DNA of 64,000 bases, taken from positions 4,371-68,370 of the forward strand of contig CAZZAF010000003.1 in assembly GCA_964652135.1 (NCBI GenBank). Reading direction: 5' to 3'. The position numbers and the translations under genes are program-made. Origin of the DNA: an uncultured archaeon (lineage in GTDB: Archaea; Halobacteriota; Archaeoglobi; Archaeoglobales; Archaeoglobaceae). The first letter of the stretch is position 1, and each line of letters opens with the position of its first letter. This document shows positions 29,082 through 37,514 of this stretch, piece after piece. The notes below the pieces were generated by a model. It saw only the letters and a program-made list of their open reading frames with translations, was not told where the DNA came from and searched no databases.

Positions 29082-30116
29082 GTAGCTTACAATATATCTG
29101 TTCTTTCGTTCATCCTTAACAGCGTTTTCCAGCAACTTCTCAAGCATTTCATCTTCCATTACAAAGAATCCAAGCTGCCTGCAAGCCTCAAAAAAGTCCT
29201 TTGGCTGAATGTTGAGCCATCCGAACTCATTAAAGAGAGATTTCTTAACAATACGGAAAGGTCTGCCATTTATGTCTACTCTGGTAGAGTACTTTGGCAA
29301 CTCCTTTTTCAGCCTCCATCTAGCTACAAGTGGGCTCTGAACCTCTCTTATGGCTTCTTCTACTTCTTTACCATCTAGTATGACTTTAAGAAGCAGCTCG
29401 GTAATGGAATTTATTCTGTCTGGCACACCTATAACATCCCCTCTTAGCAATATTTTCTTGGACTCGAACGGAATACCATTTGCCTTTAGCATTTCTCCAA
29501 TTTTTGAAGTCAGCCCTGTTTTGTCACCGGATTTATCTACAATTCCTCCAATGATGTAGCAGTCGGCCTTATCACCCTCAAATACGTCTTCTGCATTTGG
29601 ATCGAGAAGAATAACTCTCTTGATTTCTCCGGACTCCATTTTCTCCTTGAGAAAATCAACCGTCGAGGGATAAAAAACAGCGGGGACTTCTGGCGGTCTT
29701 ATACCAGTAACAACGAGTCTCTCATCCCACATATAGTCTCTAACAACACCCAGGGTACACTTTATCTGGAAAAGAACTTTCTTTTTCTCTTTTTCACTGT
29801 GGAGGTCAAAGAAGGAACAGTCAATAACTATATACGGGAATCCTTGAGCTTTTTCCACAAGCTCCTCACGGGTGAAAATGATGTTGTTGCAGTCGCCAAC
29901 ATATGCTTGTGGAGGTTCTTCAACAAGTTTGCCATCTAGTGTAAAGGATTTCTTTAAACCTCCTGTGGCAAAACAGACGTTGGCTCTCCCGATAGCCACA
30001 TAAACAGCCAGCGTTTGAATTGGATCTCTACTTTTGGCTATTTTGAGTATTGATGTTCCTATTCTTTCAATACCTCTCTGTCTGAGCAGTTCCACGAACA
30101 CGTCCCTAAGTCTCAC
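29076..30116 (-). CDS. trm10: tRNA (guanine/adenine-9-N1)-methyltransferase Trm10 (SPOUT)
   Basis: 346 aa with YIIGGIVDKSGDK, LRGDVIGVPDRIN and ARWRLKKELPK. These closely recall the Thermococcus Trm10 sequence from memory. Confidence 0.7.
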   Translation of the reverse strand: MRLRDVFVELLRQRGIERIGTSILKIAKSRDPIQTLAVYVAIGRANVCFATGGLKKSFTLDGKLVEEPPQAYVGDCNNIIFTREELVEKAQGFPYIVIDCSFFDLHSEKEKKKVLFQIKCTLGVVRDYMWDERLVVTGIRPPEVPAVFYPSTVDFLKEKMESGEIKRVILLDPNAEDVFEGDKADCYIIGGIVDKSGDKTGLTSKIGEMLKANGIPFESKKILLRGDVIGVPDRINSITELLLKVILDGKEVEEAIREVQSPLVARWRLKKELPKYSTRVDINGRPFRIVKKSLFNEFGWLNIQPKDFFEACRQLGFFVMEDEMLEKLLENAVKDERKNRYIVSYS

Positions 30117-30274
30117 AGGATAGCTTTGGAGATCTCTTTTTAAATCTGTGTCGGTGTATATTAAATCAGGCCAGCCATTTTCTTCTTATAAACACACTCA
30201 AATAACGACTTCTTGTCAGCCAGCAAATTCGTTTGGCCATTCAATATGTTACCTTTGAGTGAAACAGTTTCAAC

Positions 30275-31885
30275 TTACTTCAGACCGAGCATCCTCATCG
30301 CTTTTTCTGGATCGGCCTGGTATGCGTAGATTATGTTTGAGACTTCTCTAAGGGAAACGATGTTATTTTCGACCATATATTCGAGAATCATCTTTCTCCT
30401 GTCAAGTTCTTCCTGTAGCTCTTTATTACTCCATCCTCTCGCTTTTCTAATATCTTCAAGAGCCTTTGAGGAACCGATCATAACATGCTTGTCATTTACT
30501 CCATCCCACTGGAAAACAGTTGAGGTTCGCAGCATCTTGGAGTGCGGATCCAGTCCTACAATCTCAGCAATCTCAACGTTTCTCCTGACTCTTCTGTCGT
30601 TTACGTATGTTTGTGCCTGAACACTGATTATGTCAAGAGCTTCGATCATGGGACGGGGAACGTTTATTGGAGGGTTCTCAAGTCTGTGTATCACTCCATC
30701 AACACTATCTGCGTGGATTGTTGAGTAGGTTGTGTGTCCGGTGGCCATTGCCTGGAAAAGAGTCAAAGCCTCTTTACCTCTAACCTCACCGACTATTATA
30801 TACTCAGGTCTCTGTCTTAGCGCTGCTTTGAGCAGATCGTACATATCAATGTCTGCTGCTCCAGCCTGAAATCCACTTCTCGTTACTGCAGGAATCCAAT
30901 TTTTATGCGGGAGCATGAGTTCCCTGGTATCTTCAATTGTAACGATCTTTGCTTTTCTTGGTATGAATAGAGCTACCGCATTTGTTGAAGTGGTCTTTCC
31001 ACTTGCTGTTCCACCAGCGAAAATCAGACTCTTCCTGTTTTCAATACACAGCCAGAGATAGGCCATTTGTTCTGCTGAGAATGTTCTCCACTTGATGAGG
31101 TTGATTGGAGTTATTGGTTCCTGTCTGAACTTTCTTATGGTGAACGTGGAACCATGGTCGGTTACTTCCTTCCCGAGCGTCATTTGAATTCTGCTACCAT
31201 CTGGCATCGATGCATCAACCATTGGTTCTGCAATCGATATATGTTTTCCACATTGCTGTGCAAGTTTAATCACAAATCTGTCAAGAACGTCTGGGTTCTC
31301 GAAGGTAATATTGGTCTTTATATTCGCATAATTTCTGTGGAAAACGTAGACCGGTTTGTAGTAACCGTTGCAGGATATATCTTCGATATATGGGTCATAC
31401 ATCAGTGGAGTAATTCTCTCGTAATACAGCGTGTTTCTGAGAATGTAGTATAACACCCTAAAATAATTCCGATATTCAAGTTTTATTCTAAAATCTTTCA
31501 GAGTTTTATCTACTTTTTCTTTTAGAATTTCATCCTTTGATTTGCCTCTAATCTCTTCCGGCTCGACAACGACGTATTCAATCTTGTTGACTATTTCATT
31601 TACAAGATTAAATTCCTTGTCGCTCAGAGAGGGCTCGTTTAGATAGTACAAGACTATATTTTCCTCTTCATTGTGGAGAATATGGACACTTGCAAAAACG
31701 TATTTTCCATAAAGGGGATAACTTTCCAGCAGTCTCCAGTTTTCTGGGACCTGAAATTCTTTTTCTATCTCTTCAGCAAGTTTTTTGAATGTTTCTTCAT
31801 TAATCTCCAATTCTTTATCCTTATTGCCCAAAATTATCTCCTCGTCTTCTTCTACCCTTCTCTTGAGGGAAACTTTAAATGCCAT
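30275..31885 (-). CDS. archaeal type IV pilus/archaellum-type secretion ATPase (FlaI/PilB/VirB11 superfamily)
   Basis: 536 aa with YYLNEPSLSDKE, Walker A GGTASGKTT, Asp/His boxes and VGEVRG. Confidence 0.85.
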   Translation of the reverse strand: MAFKVSLKRRVEEDEEIILGNKDKELEINEETFKKLAEEIEKEFQVPENWRLLESYPLYGKYVFASVHILHNEEENIVLYYLNEPSLSDKEFNLVNEIVNKIEYVVVEPEEIRGKSKDEILKEKVDKTLKDFRIKLEYRNYFRVLYYILRNTLYYERITPLMYDPYIEDISCNGYYKPVYVFHRNYANIKTNITFENPDVLDRFVIKLAQQCGKHISIAEPMVDASMPDGSRIQMTLGKEVTDHGSTFTIRKFRQEPITPINLIKWRTFSAEQMAYLWLCIENRKSLIFAGGTASGKTTSTNAVALFIPRKAKIVTIEDTRELMLPHKNWIPAVTRSGFQAGAADIDMYDLLKAALRQRPEYIIVGEVRGKEALTLFQAMATGHTTYSTIHADSVDGVIHRLENPPINVPRPMIEALDIISVQAQTYVNDRRVRRNVEIAEIVGLDPHSKMLRTSTVFQWDGVNDKHVMIGSSKALEDIRKARGWSNKELQEELDRRKMILEYMVENNIVSLREVSNIIYAYQADPEKAMRMLGLK

Positions 31886-32045
31886 TTTAATTATGTTTTT
31901 CAGTTTTGTTATTGAAAAACCTTTTGATAACTTCGTGATGATGACCTATCTAGCGATTACCGCTTGCTTGGAATCTCTGCTTGGAGTTTGTGGCGATGAG
32001 AGATCGATGAAAGATGATTGAGAAATAAAATAACAGGAAATATGC

Positions 32046-32309
32046 TCATTCTATATTGATTTTTGTGATATTTTTACTTTTAAATTCGATTTTTATTTTC
32101 AGCTTCTTTTTCCCATTTCCTTCAAAATCTATTTTAAGTTTCAATGGTTCCTGGAACTCAAATGGAATCTCCCAGTCTGTTGAGGATATTTTCAGCCTAC
32201 TCTCCTTGGATATCTGGTCGGCGAGGTCTCTCAACACATCAGCAAGTTCATTTCTGGATAAAAGAAGCTCGTATTCAAACTCCCCATTTTCTATAATTCT
32301 CTTTTCCAT
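32046..32309 (-). CDS. small charged protein, amphi-Trp-domain-like
   Basis: ATG at 32309 (MEKRIIENGEFEYELLLSRNELADVLRDLADQI...DWEIPF...KLKIKIEFK). Acidic N-half, central Trp, basic C-half. The family name is tentative. Confidence 0.4.
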   Translation of the reverse strand: MEKRIIENGEFEYELLLSRNELADVLRDLADQISKESRLKISSTDWEIPFEFQEPLKLKIDFEGNGKKKLKIKIEFKSKNITKINIE

Positions 32310-32399
32310 ACAAATTCCCTCAATAATTGTTTGTTTACTTAACAATTAAAAAACTTGTGTCATCGTTATCTACAAATAATAGCAAAATGAGGAAAGTGT

Positions 32400-33065
32400 A
32401 TGGATCTTGAGGAGCTAAAGAGAATCCAGATGGAGCTTGCAGGAAAAATAGTTCTCAGGGATCTTGTTAACATTAAAGATGTAAAGTATGTGATTGGGGT
32501 GGATCAGTCATTCCTGCCAGATGAGAGGGTAATTTCCGCATGTGCTCTTCTAACATTTCCATCACTGGATTTGGTGAAAAGCAGCGTGAGAGTTGAGAAA
32601 GTAAATTTCCCATATATTCCAACCTTTCTAATGTTCAGAGAAGGCGATCCGGCTGTAAATGCTGTTAGAGATATCGTTAATGATCTCGGGGAAGATAAAA
32701 ACAGGACAATAATCGTTGTTGATGGGAGCGGAATAGCACATCCAAGGAGATGTGGGCTTGCAAGCTATATCGCGATTAAACTTGGGATGCCTTCAATAGG
32801 AATCACAAAAAGAAAGCTTTATGGTAAAGTAGCTGAGCCTGAAAGGGAAATGCAGAGTATGCCGATTTATGATGGGAATGAAATTATCGGCTACGCTCTA
32901 AAGTCGTGCAAAAGATGTAAGCCCATATACATCTCTCCCGGTAGCTATATTTCTCCGCAGACAGCTCTTGAGCTCATTAAAAAATGTCTGAGGAAGTATA
33001 AGCTTCCTGAACCGGTAAGAATCGCCCATAACCTCGCAACCAAGGCTAAGTTGGAGATGAGATAA
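32400..33065 (+). CDS. nfi: endonuclease V (deoxyinosine 3' endonuclease)
   Basis: GVDQSF, YIPTFLMFREG and VDGSGIAHPRRCGLASYI. Confidence 0.9.
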   Translation: MDLEELKRIQMELAGKIVLRDLVNIKDVKYVIGVDQSFLPDERVISACALLTFPSLDLVKSSVRVEKVNFPYIPTFLMFREGDPAVNAVRDIVNDLGEDKNRTIIVVDGSGIAHPRRCGLASYIAIKLGMPSIGITKRKLYGKVAEPEREMQSMPIYDGNEIIGYALKSCKRCKPIYISPGSYISPQTALELIKKCLRKYKLPEPVRIAHNLATKAKLEMR

Positions 33066-33120
33066 AAAGCAAGCCTGAAACGACAAATTTTTTAAAGTCC
33101 TTTTAGTTATTTCATTTCCG

Positions 33121-33801
33121 ATGGAGGTTGTACCTATAAGCGAAACACTTGAAATTGCAAAAGAAAAACAAATAATGCTTGTAATAAATTGCACCGCCAC
33201 GCACATGATGTGTACTCCTGAGAATCTTGAAGAACTTGCTTTAGGCTTTCTTGTTTCTGAAGGATTGGTTTCGCCCAGCGAAAGTATCGATGTTAGGGTC
33301 GATGGGGACACAATATTTGTAAAAGCGGATATAGATCCGGTTTTCAAGCTTAGATCCTCAGGCTGTGTGGGGGTGTTAAGGGAAAAAGAAGAACTTCCAA
33401 AAGTTTTTGCAGAAGAGAAGTTCAGCATAGATGAGGCTCGCAATTCGCTCGTCTATCTGGAAACGGAGGAGTATAAAAGAACAAGGGCTTATCATACTGC
33501 TGCTCTTGTTGGTAAAGAGGGTATGATCGTTAGAGCATACGACGTTGGAAGGCATAATGCAATTGACAAAGCCATCGGAATGGGGATCAAGAGGGGTGTA
33601 AACTTCAGGAAGGTTTTCCTTTTAATATCTGGCAGAATATCGCAGGGTATTGTGGCAAAATGCGTTAGGGCTGGCATACCCCTTGTAGTATCCAAAGCAG
33701 CCATACTCGATTCTGCTATAGAGACTTGTAAATTAACAGGCCTGTCTGCGGTTTCATTTGCAACCGGAATTGTGGTTAAAGGTGATGCTATCACACTCTA
33801 A
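33121..33801 (+). CDS. fdhD: formate dehydrogenase accessory sulfurtransferase FdhD
   Basis: MCTPENLEELALGFLVSEGLV, SSGCVG and GRHNAIDKAIG. Confidence 0.85.
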   Translation: MEVVPISETLEIAKEKQIMLVINCTATHMMCTPENLEELALGFLVSEGLVSPSESIDVRVDGDTIFVKADIDPVFKLRSSGCVGVLREKEELPKVFAEEKFSIDEARNSLVYLETEEYKRTRAYHTAALVGKEGMIVRAYDVGRHNAIDKAIGMGIKRGVNFRKVFLLISGRISQGIVAKCVRAGIPLVVSKAAILDSAIETCKLTGLSAVSFATGIVVKGDAITL

Positions 33802-34439
33802 TCTCTAATCTTTTCCAAGAAAATCCTGGATGCGAGTTTTTGAGAAATCATTAGGTCTTCTCCATCTACTTCGACAACACCATTTTCTTTAACTGTAATT
33901 ATCTTTCCCGGGATAATTCCCAGTGAGGATGTGCTGGCAGGAGTGGCTATTACCTCGTATTTTCCTGCTTTGGCCTCATCAAGACGAACTAGCCCAAAAT
34001 CACAGCTCTCACATATTTTGCATGTGTTTGCAATTATTTCGCAGACCTTCTCTGCAACCTCGTCGGTGACATGGTGTTCAAGCTCACAGCTCAGCTTATG
34101 TGCTTCCTCGCTATCTATTCCGAGAAAATCACTGAAGAATGTTTCAAAGATCTTGTGATATCTCTTTATTCTTTTTGCCAATTCCTCACCCTTCTGAGTG
34201 AGAACTGCCCCATAATATGGCTGGTATTCAATATATCCTTTTTCACTGAGCTTGGCTAGCATCTCAGTTACACTTGAAGGTTTGACGTTAAGCTTCTTTG
34301 CGAGATCGTTAGTTTTGACTACTCTTTTTTCACCCATCTGTATGTCGTAGATCGCCTCAAGGTATTCCTCAACTCTCTCCACGTGGGTTATTTTAACCAG
34401 ATTTCTTAAAAAGGTTTTGAAAGACTCAATCGTTGGCAA
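33798..34439 (-). CDS. DtxR/MntR-family metal-dependent transcriptional regulator with C-terminal FeoA-like domain
   Basis: wHTH VKPSSVTEMLAKLSEKGYIEYQPYYGAVLTQKGEELA, a metal/dimerisation domain, and a C-terminal SH3-like domain. Confidence 0.85.
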   Translation of the reverse strand: MPTIESFKTFLRNLVKITHVERVEEYLEAIYDIQMGEKRVVKTNDLAKKLNVKPSSVTEMLAKLSEKGYIEYQPYYGAVLTQKGEELAKRIKRYHKIFETFFSDFLGIDSEEAHKLSCELEHHVTDEVAEKVCEIIANTCKICESCDFGLVRLDEAKAGKYEVIATPASTSSLGIIPGKIITVKENGVVEVDGEDLMISQKLASRIFLEKIRD

Positions 34440-35001
34440 CCCTTTTCAGGAAATCTGCAACGGATCTAGCGAGAACATCGAATTTCCCGAAGTAAAAATG
34501 GTCGGTTTCTAGTTTCAGAACTTCTTTTGGAGGAGAAAGAAAATCAAATATCTCCTTTGACTCTCCCACTGAAACAAAGTTGTCTTTCGTTGCAAACACG
34601 ATAAGTTTGGGAACTTTTGAATCTTTCAGTTCAATGTCATCTATTTTCTTAATTGGTGAGATCAGAACCAGAGCATTGCATTCTTCTGCGATATTTGAAG
34701 CAACAACACTTCCGAAAGAGTAGCCGATGACAGCAATGAAGGAGTAGCTCTCTTTCAGATATTCAAGACATGTCTTTGCATCCTCTATCTCTTCAATTCC
34801 TGACCTAAAAGGCTGTCGATAGTCAAACCGAAGTGTAGAAAATCCGATTTTATGCAGTTCGTTGGCTATCCTCTCAAGTCTAACGTCAAATCTATTTCCA
34901 CCCATTAGTGGGTGTGGTGGACATAATAGAGCTGCTTTATCTCCTTTTACTTCGTATGTTCCCTTTATTACTCCCTTAATAATTACCTCAGTCATAGGCA
35001 T
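34426..35001 (-). CDS. alpha/beta hydrolase
   Basis: 191 aa with the nucleophile elbow IGYSFGS and a late Asp/His (ETDHFY). Confidence 0.7.
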   Translation of the reverse strand: MPMTEVIIKGVIKGTYEVKGDKAALLCPPHPLMGGNRFDVRLERIANELHKIGFSTLRFDYRQPFRSGIEEIEDAKTCLEYLKESYSFIAVIGYSFGSVVASNIAEECNALVLISPIKKIDDIELKDSKVPKLIVFATKDNFVSVGESKEIFDFLSPPKEVLKLETDHFYFGKFDVLARSVADFLKRVAND

Positions 35002-35990
35002 CAGGATTCCTTTATTCTTGATTCTATTTCTTCTATGGCTTCCTTTGCAGCATCTTTTACTTCTTCATTTTCACTTTCGAGTAATTTTTCTAAGAAAGGG
35101 ATATCGCTGGAATCCCCAATTTTTCCGAGTATAAGCGCTGCATCCTGCTTAACGTTGGAATTACTATCGTAGAGAAGCTCTCTGATCTTCAGTTTCACTC
35201 TTTCGACGCTCTCTGGTTTCTTCTTAAACAGCCTCTCTAGAAGAACCATTGCTCCAACTTTTGCCATAATTTCTGATCTTTTCAGAACTTCTCCAAGTAC
35301 TTCAATGTCTTCTGGATTCTCTACAAGTATAGCTTCTACCTCATCAATTCGTCCGTCATTCAGAAGTTTTACGAAGTAATCCAGCCTGTAGTCTGTATTG
35401 GATTTTATCAACCATTCAACTAGCTCGTTTTCTGGTATGTCTCCAACTAACTTTATCTTTTTATTTATCAGAACTGTTGGTGCTGACATCACTTCGTATT
35501 TCTGGGCAAATTCCGGGAAGAGAGATACGTCTATGATATAGGATTTTATACTGGGGTTTGCGATGGCAATTCCATTTACTTTTTCGACAACCTTTGCACA
35601 GTGTGGACAGAATTGCGCTACAAAAGTAATTATTTCGCCTTCAATCTTATTAATTCGAGTTAGATTCTCTTTGCTTAGATTTGTCTCTCCCTTCGAGAGT
35701 CTCACGATCGTCTTGATAAATGGTTCAAATTCAAGTTTTACAGGAAGGGTGTGGTATACTATGTTCTCTTGGTCGCCCTTCTTTAATACAATTCCTGGAT
35801 AAGCGAGCAATTCTCTTTTCTCGAAAGCAACATCAATTTTCTCGCTGAGGTTTGAAATAATTTCTACAAACTCCTCAAAATCTTTGCTCAGATCACTGGA
35901 ATCTCTTACGACAATAAGGGTTACATGGTCTTCAATATCCTCAAGCATCTCTCGAGCCTTTTTAATCTCCAATTCGCTCAAGAGGCTCAT
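35001..35990 (-). CDS. thioredoxin-fold (CPHC) protein fused to HEAT/PBS-lyase repeats
   Basis: FCPHCAKV active-site motif. C-terminal ALILGKIGDSSDIPFLEKLLESENEEVKDAAKEAI HEAT repeats. Confidence 0.65.
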   Translation of the reverse strand: MSLLSELEIKKAREMLEDIEDHVTLIVVRDSSDLSKDFEEFVEIISNLSEKIDVAFEKRELLAYPGIVLKKGDQENIVYHTLPVKLEFEPFIKTIVRLSKGETNLSKENLTRINKIEGEIITFVAQFCPHCAKVVEKVNGIAIANPSIKSYIIDVSLFPEFAQKYEVMSAPTVLINKKIKLVGDIPENELVEWLIKSNTDYRLDYFVKLLNDGRIDEVEAILVENPEDIEVLGEVLKRSEIMAKVGAMVLLERLFKKKPESVERVKLKIRELLYDSNSNVKQDAALILGKIGDSSDIPFLEKLLESENEEVKDAAKEAIEEIESRIKES

Positions 35991-36070
35991 ACCTCATCAC
36001 TCTGGAATACTTTTTAAAGTGTTAATGCTGTGAAAATATATAAAAATATAAGGGTGAATATTGAAGATTA

Positions 36071-36751
36071 TTATTTTTCACTACTAAGTTTTTCCAGGAC
36101 TATTTCCTTGTTGTGAAGGGCTGAGTCATTGTATGGGTCTATCTCTAAAACTCTTTCGAAGCATTTAAGGGATTCTTCATACCTTTCTAGCTTGCCAAGC
36201 GCGATACCCTTGTTATTCCAAGCATCTACATAGTCTGGAACGAGTTCTATCGTCTTATCGTAGCATTCTGTGGCTTCCTCATATCTTCCCAGATCGTATA
36301 ATGTGATTCCCTTGTTATACCATGCGAGCATGTGGTGAGGGTCTATTTCAAGACACCTGTCGTAGCATTCCATAGCTTCTTCGTATCTTCCAAGCTCATA
36401 CAGTGCCAGACCCTTGTTATTCCATGCAGCAGCATCGTTTGGATTGATCTCGATAGCGTTTTCATAACAGGTTATTGCTTCATCATACATCTCCAAGTCT
36501 GATAAGACTATCCCCTTATTATACCATGCATCGTTATAGTCGGGATTGACATCCAAAGCTTTATCAAAGCACTGTAAGGCCTCATCAAACTTACCCAGAT
36601 CGTATAGGGCTATCCCCATGTTGTTCCATGCAAATATATTGTCCGGTTCAATTTCAAGACATTTGGAAAAGCAAAGAACTTCTTCTTCCGGATCCTTTGC
36701 TTTCATCCCCATTTCAAACCATTCTTGGGCTGTTTTTTCGTCTTTTGGCAT
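36071..36751 (-). CDS. TPR-repeat protein
   Basis: Six or more canonical 34-aa TPRs (AWNNKGIALYDLGRYEEAxECYDKxLEIDP). ATG at 36751 is preferred over the longer track ORF. Confidence 0.85.
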   Translation of the reverse strand: MPKDEKTAQEWFEMGMKAKDPEEEVLCFSKCLEIEPDNIFAWNNMGIALYDLGKFDEALQCFDKALDVNPDYNDAWYNKGIVLSDLEMYDEAITCYENAIEINPNDAAAWNNKGLALYELGRYEEAMECYDRCLEIDPHHMLAWYNKGITLYDLGRYEEATECYDKTIELVPDYVDAWNNKGIALGKLERYEESLKCFERVLEIDPYNDSALHNKEIVLEKLSSEK

Positions 36752-36860
36752 ACACTCACATCCTTTACGCCTATTAGGAATGAGCGTTATTAAACTTTGC
36801 GTAAATTTGAACAAGCAGGTAAAAGATTTGGAATTGCAGGACAGGCAATTACCGGCAGCG

Positions 36861-36870
36861 ATTTATTTTA
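36861..36870 (+). promoter_or_regulatory. TATA-box candidate, leaderless geometry
   Basis: ATTTATTTTA is centred about 24-25 nt upstream of the ATG at 36890. Confidence 0.35.
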
Positions 36871-36889
36871 CCTGTTGAATCTGGTTTCT

Positions 36890-37378
36890 ATGCGAGCACT
36901 CATATCGGTGAGCAGTAAGGAAGGTGTTGCGGAATTTGCAGCAAAGCTCGAAGAAATGGGAATTGAAATACTTGCAACTGAGGGGACGGCTAAGCATCTT
37001 GAGGAGAGAGGGGTAAAAGTAAAACGTATGTCTGAATTGACCGGGCTGAAGGAAACACATCTGCTTAAGACACTCCATCCTGCTGTCTATGAAGCCATAT
37101 TTTCCGGTGAGATTGGTATGGTCGTGGTTGATCTTTATCCGTTTGAAGAAAATCCATGCATAGAGAATATAGATATAGGAGGCGTTACCCTTTTGAGGGC
37201 TGCAGCTAAAAACTACAGACAGGTTTTGGTAATTTCGAGTCCGGAGCAGTACAGGGAAGTTATAGTGAATCTGTTAAAGGGTGTTACAGAGGAGTTCAGG
37301 CTGAAACTTGCATGCAAAGCCTTTGAACGCATTGCAAGGTATGATGCAGCCATATCAGAATGGTTCTGTTCGCTTTAG
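36890..37378 (+). CDS. stand-alone MGS-like / IMP cyclohydrolase (PurH N-terminal) domain protein
   Basis: MRALISVSSKEGVAEFAAKLEEMGIEILATEGTAKHL, KTLHP, VVDLYPF, ENIDIGGVTLLRAAAKN and KAFERIARYDAAI. No AICAR transformylase domain follows. Confidence 0.65.
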   Translation: MRALISVSSKEGVAEFAAKLEEMGIEILATEGTAKHLEERGVKVKRMSELTGLKETHLLKTLHPAVYEAIFSGEIGMVVVDLYPFEENPCIENIDIGGVTLLRAAAKNYRQVLVISSPEQYREVIVNLLKGVTEEFRLKLACKAFERIARYDAAISEWFCSL

Positions 37379-37514
37379 CCTTTTGTTGATTGCTTTCAGC
37401 TCCCAATATTTGCTGCTTTAGTGGTAAGTCTTCTTTGAGGAGCATATTTCCTGCCAGGATATAGAAACACGCCAACTTTTTTAAACAGTGCATAAAGAAA
37501 AATGCTCGATTACT

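Noticed and set aside
31930-32025. C-box-like GTGATGA (31935-31941) in the ATPase/amphi-Trp intergenic region, considered as a C/D-box sRNA
   Set aside because: There is no CUGA D box at suitable spacing on either strand and no terminal stem.
32898-33443. 181-aa minus-strand ORF spanning the nfi 3' end and the fdhD 5' end
   Set aside because: Both plus-strand genes have strong family motifs. The antisense product is Ser-rich with no recognisable features.
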